A DNA stretch of 64,000 nucleotides from Candidatus Omnitrophota bacterium (GTDB lineage Bacteria > Omnitrophota > Gorgyraeia > Zapsychrales > Zapsychraceae), in contig JAGOSC010000005.1 of the NCBI GenBank assembly GCA_018062515.1, positions 880 through 64,879 of the forward strand, read 5' to 3'. The notes below the pieces were generated by a model. That model was not told the DNA's origin. It saw only the letters and a program-made list of their open reading frames with translations, and did not search any database. A program made the position numbers and the translations under genes. How positions within the stretch are numbered: position 1 is the first letter of the stretch; the number at the start of each line of letters is the position of its first letter. Shown piece by piece: positions 45,567 to 53,908 of this stretch.

Positions 45567-46600
45567 ATGAAAAAGAAAATTTTCCTTATGAAAAAGTTTG
45601 TGTCTATATTAATTCTTTGCGCATTTACAATGAACACCATTGTTCCGCCGAGTTTGGCGCAGAGCATATCGTCAACGATCCTACCGCCGGTAGGTTCAAT
45701 GCTAACCATGACACCATCGTTTGTTCCGATACAAATCAAGGGTCTAACCATCGATCCCGAAAATCCTTTGCATTTTGAATTTATCATCGATACCGGCGAT
45801 TCAAAAATTGTAAACGATGAAGAATTGCGCGCCGAAACAACAAAACTGGTTAAATATTTTCTTACATCGCTGACCGTTCCGGAAGAAGATATGTGGGTCA
45901 ATCTTTCTCCTTATGAAGGAAATCGTATTGTTACCGACGGATTCGGACAAACGCAAATGGGTCAGGATCTCTTAGCGCAAGATTATATTCTAAAACAAAT
46001 CACCGCATCATTAATGTTCCCTGAAAAAGAGTTGGGCAAAAAGTTCTGGGATAAAATTTATCAGAGAGCAGAACAAGAATACGGAACTAAAGATATTCCA
46101 ACGAATACATTTAATAAAGTATGGATCATTCCGGAAAAAGCCACGGTTTATGAGCATGACGGCAGTGTTTTTGTTATCGAAAGCCGTTTAAAGGTTTTAT
46201 TGGAAGAAGATTATTTTGCCCAAAGAAAATCTGAAGGAGCCTCCGTCGATCCAAATAAATCTGTGTATACCGACATCGTTCGAGAAATTTTAATTCCGGA
46301 GATTGAAAAAGAAGTCAATGAAGGACAGCATTTTGCCAAACTGCGTCAAATTTATAATGCGATGATCTTAGCGACTTGGTATAAAACCAATCTGCAAAAA
46401 TCCGTCTTAGGACAAATTTATGTTGATCAAAATAAGTTGGAAGGCATTAACGGCGAGAATAAAAACGCTAAGTCAGATATTTATAATCAATATCTCAAGG
46501 CTTTTAAGGCCGGCGTTTATAACTATATTAAAGAAGACTATGATTCGACAACTCGGTCAACGATTCCCCGACAGTACTTCTCCGGTGGATTTGCCGCTAC
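45567..46600 (+). other. Leader plus shared N-terminal module, copy D
   Basis: MKKKIFLMKKFVSILILCAFTMNTIVPPSLA|QS, LPPVGSMLTM..GLTIDPENPLHFEFIIDTGD..FLTSLTVPEEDMWVNLSPYE..FGQTQMGQDLLAQDYILKQ..KLRQIYNAMILATWYK..AFKAGVYNYIKEDYD..PRQYFSGGF. Confidence 0.85.
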
Positions 46601-49600
46601 TTCAGATAAAGCGGCATTATCCACCGTAGTTAAGGAATCAAACCTGGGTCAAAACAACACGCCGTTATCCGACGAGGACTCAGCACTCATCGCAGATGCA
46701 TTATCCGCGCGAGGCAAACAGTTTAATACAGATATCCTCCTTAGAGAAGCCGTCTCGGGGATAACTTCCGGCGATGAAGCTATTCTTAGTTCTTTTACTG
46801 AAGATGAAATTGTGTCACGAATTCTAAATACTCCATATGATCCGATAAAAATTGGTCAGCAAATGCGGGCATGGTACGCTGATGGTAACCTCGACGCTGA
46901 TATCTTAAAAGCAACCTTGACCAATTTAAGCCGCCGTGTTGTGTACGTAAAAAGTACAGCTGATTTAAAAGACTATGAAAAAATGAAGCCTTTTTTGATC
47001 AAGACCTGGGCGCTGCTTAAAGAAGCGAATGACTCTCAGTATACCGAAAGCATTTCGATCATTGAGAGAACCATGGCCTACTCCTTATATATTTCGGATC
47101 CAAAATTATTTTATGCCGAACCGATTGAATCCATGGTCGCTGATTTAAGAAAAATTAAAGACAGCACCGCGGATGAACGTATTAAATTTGATGAAGCTTG
47201 GACACTGATTTCCAAACGCTACAGCCAAAAAAATCCGCGAGATATTTTTTATATCGCCCGGGCGATGAAACGTCCCAAGGCCTCAGATATTGTTAAAAGT
47301 TCTTTATTTAAAGATTTCATGGAATTGCGGGATGCCAAAGATCCGCTCGACCCTCAAAAAAATGAACGTTACACGCCGACGGAAAATGAGATTCAAGAGG
47401 CCATGTCGATCGGGTTCAAAGATAAATTAGAAGCCCGTGAATATGTCATTGCCAAACGAGACGCCCAATATGATGACGCATCCGTACTTACGGGAATAGG
47501 GACTTTTGTGGATCCAAAAACCGGAAAAGAGACAAAAGTTATGGTTGTTGCTTTACAAAATGGAAGTGATATTAAGGAATTATTTGAAAGAAATGCCGGT
47601 TTAAACCGCCCGTGGGGATATTGGAAAGCGATCCGCGCTTTTCGTTTGGCGGAATCTACAGAGTATAGAATTCCAATTGTCACTTTTGTTGACACGAAGG
47701 GGGCGGATAACACATTACCGTCGGAAATCGCCAATCAATCGGGCGTGGTTTCCTACGCCATACAAGTTCAACAAGAGCTGACGGTTCCGTTTATTTCCAT
47801 CATCAATATCGACGGCGTAAGTGCTGGAGGCATGGTTGTCACTCAAGGCGGCGCATTATATATGATGGATTATTCGAATCGATATTTAGCTGCTCCGGCA
47901 GGGTCTTTAGATATTATCGGCAAAGCAAAAACGACTATTCCCGTCGCTGAGCAACGCGGCGTGAAAGATACAATCGGAATGCAAATCATTGAAAAAGAAG
48001 TGCAAAGTGTGTGGGGAGATGCTTTTCATGCGGACGCGAAAAGATCATTGGAAGAATTAAAAACCATTTCCGGAATTATCCCTGAAGCGCTCGGTGGTGC
48101 GCATCGATTCCCTGAACTTTCTTATGAAATGATAGGCGATGTCATTCACAATTACTTAAAGGAAAATGCCAACAAAACAGTTGCGCAGCTTAAAGCCCAG
48201 CGTCATGACTTTTTCCGTCGATTAGGTGGAATTCCTGAAAAAGATTTTAGAATCGTCGACGATCAAGATGTCCCAACCTTGACCAAATCCATCATCACAC
48301 CGGATGAATTTGCACAGTTGGTGGAAACTATTCTTGACAATAAACAAAATACCGAACGTATGCTCCATGCGTATCGCCAGTACACTTTTACACTGAAATC
48401 AGCGAAACAAAAAAAAGAGGTTGTCGCTGTATGGATGAAAGTTTTTAGAGCTAACCGCAGCTGGTTTGATAATCGCTGGATGGTCAAAGTTTTAAATGCT
48501 TCGTTAACAGAATTTGAAAAGAAGGGAACGCAAAATGCTAAAACTCTTAAAGAGGCGATGATCAAGAGTTTCTTTCCGGAACCGCGCAGTATTGCTGATC
48601 GTCTCGAACAATTTGTCGACCGCAAAAAAGATGGAAGTTTGGAGATTATTGAAGAATTAAATGCGAATTTAGCCGAGACACCCATCATCGATTTTGATGA
48701 AACCATTCATGAAGCCTATCCCTTTTTGAAGATTGATGGCCAGGATATTGCGGCCAAGTTTGACCAATTCCGCAAATTAACCGGCTCATTAACCGGCGTT
48801 TGGACCGGTTATGTTAAAATCGGCGGAGTAAAGACGATGCTGGTTTTAAAAGATCCACGCTGGTTGAACGCCAGCGCAACAACGGCCGTCATCGGCGAGA
48901 AAGTGACCCGCGCCTTGGAAGATGTGCGTCAAAAATTTGATAAAACCAAAGAAAAAATTCCCGTGATCATGTTGACGACGGCGAGCGGTGCTCTTCAGCA
49001 AGAAGGCCAGCGCGCTATGGACCCGTTAAATAAAAAACTCGCTGGATTGGTTGAATTGAAGGAACGAAATATTCCCGTCGTGATTTTAGGTGCCTACGAA
49101 GTTTTCGGTGGTGATAGCGCCTCCGACGCGACATATCAAGATGCTGATCTTTTACTATTAGAAAAAGGGACAAGAAAAGGATTCACCGGCCACCCGACGC
49201 TGACCGGAGAAAATGATCGACGTAAGAAAAAAGGTGTTAAAGATACTTCGCAAAATGAGGTTGTGCCATTAACCGTTTTGCCTTTTCCATATCAGACTGA
49301 TCAGTTCTTAGACCGGCTTGGATTTATCGATGGAATTGTGACTGTCGAGCAAGAAACGCCTTTATTACAAGCTTTCTTACAAGACGTGACTAATAAAGAA
49401 CTGACTGTTAAATCCGAAGAAATTAAAGAACTTTTAAAAACCTTTAAAGACAAACGTGAAATGCGAGTAAAGCTTGTACGCGCCTTGGAACGAAAACCAT
49501 TTAAGACGACGTTTCAAAATGGAAATGAGGCTGAAGTTTTTAATCTGCGAAATAAGGCAAGACTATTGATGAATCAGCCAGGCATTGGCTGGCGTTATGA

Positions 49601-52088
49601 AAAGCCCGCAACAGGCCAAGAAACGGTGAATTCAGATGAAGCCATGCTGACCAACGTTTATGAAAATGCTGAAACGATGTATCAAAATTTGCCGCAAGAT
49701 ATTGAAAAATTTATGATGAGTACGGCATCGAAAATTAACGGCGGTGAAGCTGTAATGAATGATCAAAAAGCGATTACGGACATGATGTCCTTAATCGGAG
49801 AAATTTATGAAAAAGAAATGGACGGCCTGACGACGAAAAATTATCACAATCATATGCATAATCTTTCTGTCTCATTTGGAAGTTTAATTCTCGCCCAAAA
49901 TGCAAATTTAATTAAAGATAAGAATGATTTGATTATCGTCTTTTTAGGATCATTGTTTCATGATTTTCATGTGCGCGATGTCCGTCCTTTGCGTGAACGC
50001 GGCCCGGCAACGCCCGCCTTGGTTAATGAAACATTAGGTATTGAAGGATCAGGTGGGCAGCTCCCTGATTTATTAGCAATAGATGGATTCGTTTATAAAA
50101 ATCCAGCTATTGCCAATGCGCGTTATGGAGTGGTCGGAACCGATGTTAAAAAATCGGCCCGGGAAATCTATCAAACTTTAACTGGTAATGATGGTTCAAA
50201 TGGAATTTATAATGAAATTGCCGCCATTATACGGCGAACTGATTTTTCATCGGATCTCCCGCCAGCTATCGATAAGTATAAAAACCGTACTTTTGTTGTC
50301 CGCGATTTTATGGATGCAAAGGTTAATGAATGGTCACAAACGAAATCAGAAATATCCGACACTGATTTAACGCAACTCATTAATCAGGTGGAAAAACAAT
50401 ACCAGGATATTTATACTGATATGGCTCGGGACAAAGAATTGACTCCTGTAGGAAAAAGGGAAGTTTCCGAGAAGTGGGTAACACGTCAGCGTAATATTGA
50501 ACTGGCCTTCTTAAATGCTTTAACTAAAGTCAGATCTTCTCGACGATTAAATGTTTACCAAATAGCCAATCGTGTTGAGCTGGCCGATCAATCTGTTGCC
50601 TCGTGGATCGGATCCCCGGATATTGCCAAAAATATCACGTTAGGACTTAAAGAGGAACTGCCTTTTGTCAGCATCGAAGCTAATTATCCCTTATTTTATA
50701 CACCGCAATTATTACCCACACGGGTTTTATCACGCTTAAGAGATCTTCCCCTCAATTTAAGAATTAATTTCTTAAAAAATATGGAATATTTTGCCAGTTA
50801 TAGTACTGATTTCGCTAAAAATCTGAATGATGAGCAGAAAACGAAAATAAATGAATTTGTTTATAAGATGATGTTAAATTCTTTAGGAGAGTGGGACAAG
50901 ATTGAAGAAGATGTCCTTATGGAATTACGACTATATGTAGATGAAGAAGGTCAGATTAAACAACAAAGAATGGATCCTGAAGTAGTGCAGGGACTGAGAA
51001 AATCTATTATCGGAACAGTCTTTAACCTACGTGACATACATTCAATGGTTGCACAAAGAACAGTGAAAAAAATAAACTTGGCAGCAAATCAAACGATCAT
51101 TGAAGAAGGTGATGTCATTAATCACAAGAATTCAGAAGGTCTTTACATTATTATTTCCGGGGAAGTTAAGGTTATTGTCGGTGGAAGTCCTGTGGCAACG
51201 CTTAAGGCGGGGGACCATTTCGGAGAATTGGCCATCATCAGTCGCCTACCGCGCAATGCCACTGTTGTTTCCACTAGTCCTACAGTATTGGTTAAAATGC
51301 CGAGCAGATTTTTACATGGATTAAGATTAGTCAGCGATGAATTTAGTGATGCATTATATGCTGAAGCCAGAGCTAAAACGCGAAAAGGAACATCGATTCT
51401 GCCATATTGGGTTGAATCAGAAATTGTCATGAAAATGGCGCGGTCAAACCAAATATTAAATGAACAATCTAAAATTTTAGCTTGGCAGATGCCACAGTTT
51501 GTTAGGGGAAATGAAAATAAGAGCGAACGTTTAACACTCCAAAGCGTATATGACCGTTTACCAGCTGCCCTTTATGAATTTGAAAATGATTATCCTGAAA
51601 TAGGACCGATTAAGCTTGTTGGAATTGCCTCTAACGGACCGTCCGTCAGTGTTTATGTGGATCCGATTGACCATAAGTCGATTGTGGTTTTCTCCGATGA
51701 TTTCTTTAAGAGAGACTTGGACAACTTTAATCAACGTATAAAAACGGCTTTGCAGACTGCGATGAATGACGCGGCCATGTTCGCTGATGATGAATCTCCC
51801 AACGCTTTAACCAAAGGTGGTATTGATTTAAATCCCCAGGCGCTGGACCTAAAAATTAAAAATACCGGCACACAAATTCCTTTTCCCGTCGATGAGAACA
51901 TCGAACAGTTTATCGATATCAAAGGATTTTCTCCTGTCATTATTAATATAACCCCGATCCACAATCTTCCGCTTATTTTAGGAATCATTGATGGGAAGAA
52001 TGACCAATCTCCCCAAGTTAAAAGTGATCATTTTCCGTTATATAACGTGAAAGGTCGTTTTGAATCCGTCGAGGATTATCCTTCCTAA
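45567..52088 (+). CDS. Giant fusion protein D (2173 aa): leader + shared N module + AccA-like and AccD-like carboxyltransferase halves + HD domain + cyclic-nucleotide-binding domain + shared C module
   Basis: ATG 6 nt after the ORF C stop. 6.5-kb open frame. Motifs are in the sub-features. Confidence 0.88.
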   Translation: MKKKIFLMKKFVSILILCAFTMNTIVPPSLAQSISSTILPPVGSMLTMTPSFVPIQIKGLTIDPENPLHFEFIIDTGDSKIVNDEELRAETTKLVKYFLTSLTVPEEDMWVNLSPYEGNRIVTDGFGQTQMGQDLLAQDYILKQITASLMFPEKELGKKFWDKIYQRAEQEYGTKDIPTNTFNKVWIIPEKATVYEHDGSVFVIESRLKVLLEEDYFAQRKSEGASVDPNKSVYTDIVREILIPEIEKEVNEGQHFAKLRQIYNAMILATWYKTNLQKSVLGQIYVDQNKLEGINGENKNAKSDIYNQYLKAFKAGVYNYIKEDYDSTTRSTIPRQYFSGGFAATSDKAALSTVVKESNLGQNNTPLSDEDSALIADALSARGKQFNTDILLREAVSGITSGDEAILSSFTEDEIVSRILNTPYDPIKIGQQMRAWYADGNLDADILKATLTNLSRRVVYVKSTADLKDYEKMKPFLIKTWALLKEANDSQYTESISIIERTMAYSLYISDPKLFYAEPIESMVADLRKIKDSTADERIKFDEAWTLISKRYSQKNPRDIFYIARAMKRPKASDIVKSSLFKDFMELRDAKDPLDPQKNERYTPTENEIQEAMSIGFKDKLEAREYVIAKRDAQYDDASVLTGIGTFVDPKTGKETKVMVVALQNGSDIKELFERNAGLNRPWGYWKAIRAFRLAESTEYRIPIVTFVDTKGADNTLPSEIANQSGVVSYAIQVQQELTVPFISIINIDGVSAGGMVVTQGGALYMMDYSNRYLAAPAGSLDIIGKAKTTIPVAEQRGVKDTIGMQIIEKEVQSVWGDAFHADAKRSLEELKTISGIIPEALGGAHRFPELSYEMIGDVIHNYLKENANKTVAQLKAQRHDFFRRLGGIPEKDFRIVDDQDVPTLTKSIITPDEFAQLVETILDNKQNTERMLHAYRQYTFTLKSAKQKKEVVAVWMKVFRANRSWFDNRWMVKVLNASLTEFEKKGTQNAKTLKEAMIKSFFPEPRSIADRLEQFVDRKKDGSLEIIEELNANLAETPIIDFDETIHEAYPFLKIDGQDIAAKFDQFRKLTGSLTGVWTGYVKIGGVKTMLVLKDPRWLNASATTAVIGEKVTRALEDVRQKFDKTKEKIPVIMLTTASGALQQEGQRAMDPLNKKLAGLVELKERNIPVVILGAYEVFGGDSASDATYQDADLLLLEKGTRKGFTGHPTLTGENDRRKKKGVKDTSQNEVVPLTVLPFPYQTDQFLDRLGFIDGIVTVEQETPLLQAFLQDVTNKELTVKSEEIKELLKTFKDKREMRVKLVRALERKPFKTTFQNGNEAEVFNLRNKARLLMNQPGIGWRYEKPATGQETVNSDEAMLTNVYENAETMYQNLPQDIEKFMMSTASKINGGEAVMNDQKAITDMMSLIGEIYEKEMDGLTTKNYHNHMHNLSVSFGSLILAQNANLIKDKNDLIIVFLGSLFHDFHVRDVRPLRERGPATPALVNETLGIEGSGGQLPDLLAIDGFVYKNPAIANARYGVVGTDVKKSAREIYQTLTGNDGSNGIYNEIAAIIRRTDFSSDLPPAIDKYKNRTFVVRDFMDAKVNEWSQTKSEISDTDLTQLINQVEKQYQDIYTDMARDKELTPVGKREVSEKWVTRQRNIELAFLNALTKVRSSRRLNVYQIANRVELADQSVASWIGSPDIAKNITLGLKEELPFVSIEANYPLFYTPQLLPTRVLSRLRDLPLNLRINFLKNMEYFASYSTDFAKNLNDEQKTKINEFVYKMMLNSLGEWDKIEEDVLMELRLYVDEEGQIKQQRMDPEVVQGLRKSIIGTVFNLRDIHSMVAQRTVKKINLAANQTIIEEGDVINHKNSEGLYIIISGEVKVIVGGSPVATLKAGDHFGELAIISRLPRNATVVSTSPTVLVKMPSRFLHGLRLVSDEFSDALYAEARAKTRKGTSILPYWVESEIVMKMARSNQILNEQSKILAWQMPQFVRGNENKSERLTLQSVYDRLPAALYEFENDYPEIGPIKLVGIASNGPSVSVYVDPIDHKSIVVFSDDFFKRDLDNFNQRIKTALQTAMNDAAMFADDESPNALTKGGIDLNPQALDLKIKNTGTQIPFPVDENIEQFIDIKGFSPVIINITPIHNLPLILGIIDGKNDQSPQVKSDHFPLYNVKGRFESVEDYPS
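47200..48225 (+). other. Carboxyltransferase alpha (AccA-like) domain
   Basis: IARAMKRPKASD, NRPWGYWKAIRAFRLAESTEYRIPIVTFVDTKGA, SGVVSYAIQVQQELTVPFISIINIDGVSAGGM, IIPEALGGAHRFPE. It is colinear with E. coli AccA as I recall it, but the glycine-rich GEGGSGGA motif is altered. Confidence 0.7.
48690..49330 (+). other. Carboxyltransferase beta (AccD-like) domain, divergent, no zinc ribbon seen
   Basis: GYVKIGGVKTMLVLKD, AVIGEKVTRALE, IPVIMLTTASGALQQEG, IPVVILGAYEVFGGDSASDA, KGFTGHP, YQTDQFLDRLGFIDGIV. It is colinear with AccD. FMGGSMG is replaced by WLNASAT. Confidence 0.6.
49790..50300 (+). other. HD-domain (metal-dependent phosphohydrolase-type)
   Basis: NYHNHMHNLSVSFGSLILA....VFLGSLFHDFHV gives the H...HD pattern. 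Confidence 0.55.
51010..51330 (+). other. Cyclic-nucleotide-binding (CAP/PKA-type) domain
   Basis: NQTIIEEGDVINHKNSEGLYIIISGEVKVIVGGSPVATLKAGDHFGELAIISRLPRNATVVSTSPTVLVKM is the classic beta-roll with the FGE(L/I)A...R.A(T/S) phosphate-binding cassette. Confidence 0.75.
51813..51990 (+). other. Shared C-terminal module, copy D (most divergent)
   Basis: KGGIDLNPQALDLKIKNTGTQIPFPVDENIEQFIDIKGFSPVIINITPIHNLPLILGIIDG, followed by a polar tail. Confidence 0.8.
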
Positions 52089-52179
52089 AATAATTCGTTA
52101 AAAATATTAGTATAATCCTGAATATTTTCGTTATAATACTACACAAAAGTTATTCCAACCTATAACGTCAGGATTATAT

Positions 52180-52773
52180 ATGAACCCATCGATCAATTTC
52201 AGCGACCTACGAAAATCTCTGGATGAAGCAATCACGTTCGCCGAGCTCGAAAAAGCCGAACAAATTGCCGATCAAGGTTTAGAATTTGCCCTTTTTAAAG
52301 AAGACTTGGGCGAAATTATGTACTTCCAAGCACAACACGCCATTCTCGATGAGAATTTTAATCTCGCTATTCGATTTCTAAAAGAAGCGGTTGAATATAA
52401 CCCCTTCGACGGAGCCGCGTACAATGATATTGCTTTGTGTATGATTGAAATCGAAGAAGATGTTCACGAAACAATGTCTTATTTCGACATTGGCATAGAA
52501 GTAGAACCCGACTATGCCACCATTTTCCATAATAAAGGTTGGTTTTTGAATCAACTCGGACGCCCGCAAGAGGCAATTGCCTATTTAAATAAGGCATTAA
52601 CGATTGAACCAGATAGAGCGGTGACTTTCGAGAATTTAGCCGACGTTTATATAAAACTCGGTGAAACCGCCAAGGCCATCTCGGCCTATCAGACGTCCTT
52701 ACGTCTTCTCGATCAATCCTATCCTGATATTCGTCAGCAAATTTTCGAAAAACTCAAAATCCTGATGAGCTAA
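52180..52773 (+). CDS. Tetratricopeptide-repeat protein
   Basis: Repeated A..Y...G/A..A...Y..AL...P helical pairs (e.g. AAYNDIALCMIEIEE, FHNKGWFLNQLGRPQEAIAYLNKALTIEPD, FENLADVYIKLGETAKAISAYQTSL). Confidence 0.65.
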   Translation: MNPSINFSDLRKSLDEAITFAELEKAEQIADQGLEFALFKEDLGEIMYFQAQHAILDENFNLAIRFLKEAVEYNPFDGAAYNDIALCMIEIEEDVHETMSYFDIGIEVEPDYATIFHNKGWFLNQLGRPQEAIAYLNKALTIEPDRAVTFENLADVYIKLGETAKAISAYQTSLRLLDQSYPDIRQQIFEKLKILMS

Positions 52774-52780
52774 TCTTTGT

Positions 52781-53143
52781 ATGATTCATATTCCCGATAC
52801 TTTTCTCCCCAGGGATGAAAACGGACAAATCATCTGTCCAAAATGTAAACTTCCGACAAATAAATGTCAATGTCCTTCTTACGATCCGACACAGCCTAAA
52901 ACGGAACGCTATAGTCCGACGATCAAGTTAGAGAAGGCAGGCCGTTCAGGAAAAATTGTTTCGGTTATTCAGCATTTACCCAATGATGAGGCCTACTTGA
53001 AACGATTGATAAAAATAATTAAAACGAGGACAGCCAGCGGCGGAACCTTTTATATCCTCGACGCTGAAGGTGTCATCGAAATTCAAGGCAATCATCAAGC
53101 GATCATTGAAAAAATATTAGGTGATGAAAATTTTTCAGTGTAG
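52781..53143 (+). CDS. yciH: SUI1/YciH-family translation initiation factor-like protein
   Basis: The C-terminal RSGKIVSVIQHLP....LKRLIKIIKTRTASGGTF......IEIQGNHQAIIEKIL fits the SUI1 fold pattern. An N-terminal CPKC...C.C zinc-knuckle-like segment is present. Confidence 0.7.
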   Translation: MIHIPDTFLPRDENGQIICPKCKLPTNKCQCPSYDPTQPKTERYSPTIKLEKAGRSGKIVSVIQHLPNDEAYLKRLIKIIKTRTASGGTFYILDAEGVIEIQGNHQAIIEKILGDENFSV

Positions 53144-53157
53144 GAAAAATTAATCCC

Positions 53158-53814
53158 GTGGAAAAAATCCAATTTGATTTAGCGCAACACGACGGTAAAT
53201 TAAGTTTATTGTTTGCGGATGAACTTAAAATTAAACCAATTTCTGTTGATTTTACGTCGGACGTTTTGAATTATCGCCTCAAACATGGAGGCGGAAAAAA
53301 ACAATTAATCGCCCGCGCCGTCGGGATAAAATCAGGAAAAGATCTTCCCACCATCTTGGATGCCACGGCGGGTTTTGGACGTGATGCCTTTGTTTTGGCT
53401 TCGTTGGGATGCCGAGTACACATGCGAGAACGTTCAGCGGTAATTCGGGCTTTATTAGAAGACGGTTTGAACCGCGCTAAATTGGATCCTAAAATCGGCA
53501 GTTGGGTGGAAGAGCGTTTAAGTTTAGCATTGAATGATTCACAAAAAATACCGTTTAAACCGGATGTTGTTTATCTTGACCCTATGTATCCAACTAAAAA
53601 AAAATCAGCGCATGCTAAACAGGAAATGCGGATCATTAAAATGGTGGTGGGTGAGGATCCTGATGCGGATGAATTGCTGGAACCGGCCTTAAAAATAGCT
53701 TTAAAGAGAGTGGCTGTCAAACGTCCGGCCTATGCGGGCTGGTTGGCTGACCGAAAACCCGACGCTGTGATCGAATCTAAAAACAGCCGATTTGATATTT
53801 ATATGATTAAATAA
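53158..53814 (+). CDS. rsmJ: 16S rRNA m2G1516 methyltransferase RsmJ-like SAM-dependent methyltransferase
   Basis: ILDATAGFGRDAFVLASLGCRV (SAM motif I) and VVYLDPMYP (motif IV, D-P-M-Y/F). Confidence 0.75.
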   Translation: MEKIQFDLAQHDGKLSLLFADELKIKPISVDFTSDVLNYRLKHGGGKKQLIARAVGIKSGKDLPTILDATAGFGRDAFVLASLGCRVHMRERSAVIRALLEDGLNRAKLDPKIGSWVEERLSLALNDSQKIPFKPDVVYLDPMYPTKKKSAHAKQEMRIIKMVVGEDPDADELLEPALKIALKRVAVKRPAYAGWLADRKPDAVIESKNSRFDIYMIK

Positions 53815-53840
53815 TACCAAAGATCGTGATAGATTCTGTG

Positions 53841-53869
53841 TTGACGATGTGTACAATATCAATTATATT
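53841..53869 (+). promoter_or_regulatory. Candidate sigma70 promoter for the serpin gene
   Basis: TTGACG (53841-53846), 17-nt spacer, TATATT (53864-53869). This argues against the GTG 53849 start given in the ORF track. Confidence 0.4.
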
Positions 53870-53908
53870 ATTTACACATATCCACGGTCTAAACGCTTAA
53901 AAAAATTC

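Noticed and set aside
22019-52088. Giant ORFs as NRPS/PKS megasynthases
   Set aside because: AMP-ligase, hot-dog and enoyl-reductase-like domains could suggest a PKS/NRPS. However, I found no ketosynthase (DTACSS-type), acyltransferase (GHSxG), condensation (HHxxxDG) or carrier-protein (LGxDS) motifs. The other domains (B12 mutase, ACADs, CitE, carboxyltransferase) are primary-metabolism enzymes.
22019-52088. Giant ORFs as adhesins, RTX toxins or S-layer repeat proteins
   Set aside because: There are no internal tandem Ig-like, cadherin or RTX nonapeptide (GGxGxD) repeats. The interiors are non-repetitive enzyme domains. Only the termini are shared between genes.
53849-53908. GTG 53849 start for the serpin
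   Set aside because: This start would place a candidate -10 element inside the coding region and add a non-signal-like Tyr/Ile-rich extension. ATG 53909 directly precedes a typical signal peptide.
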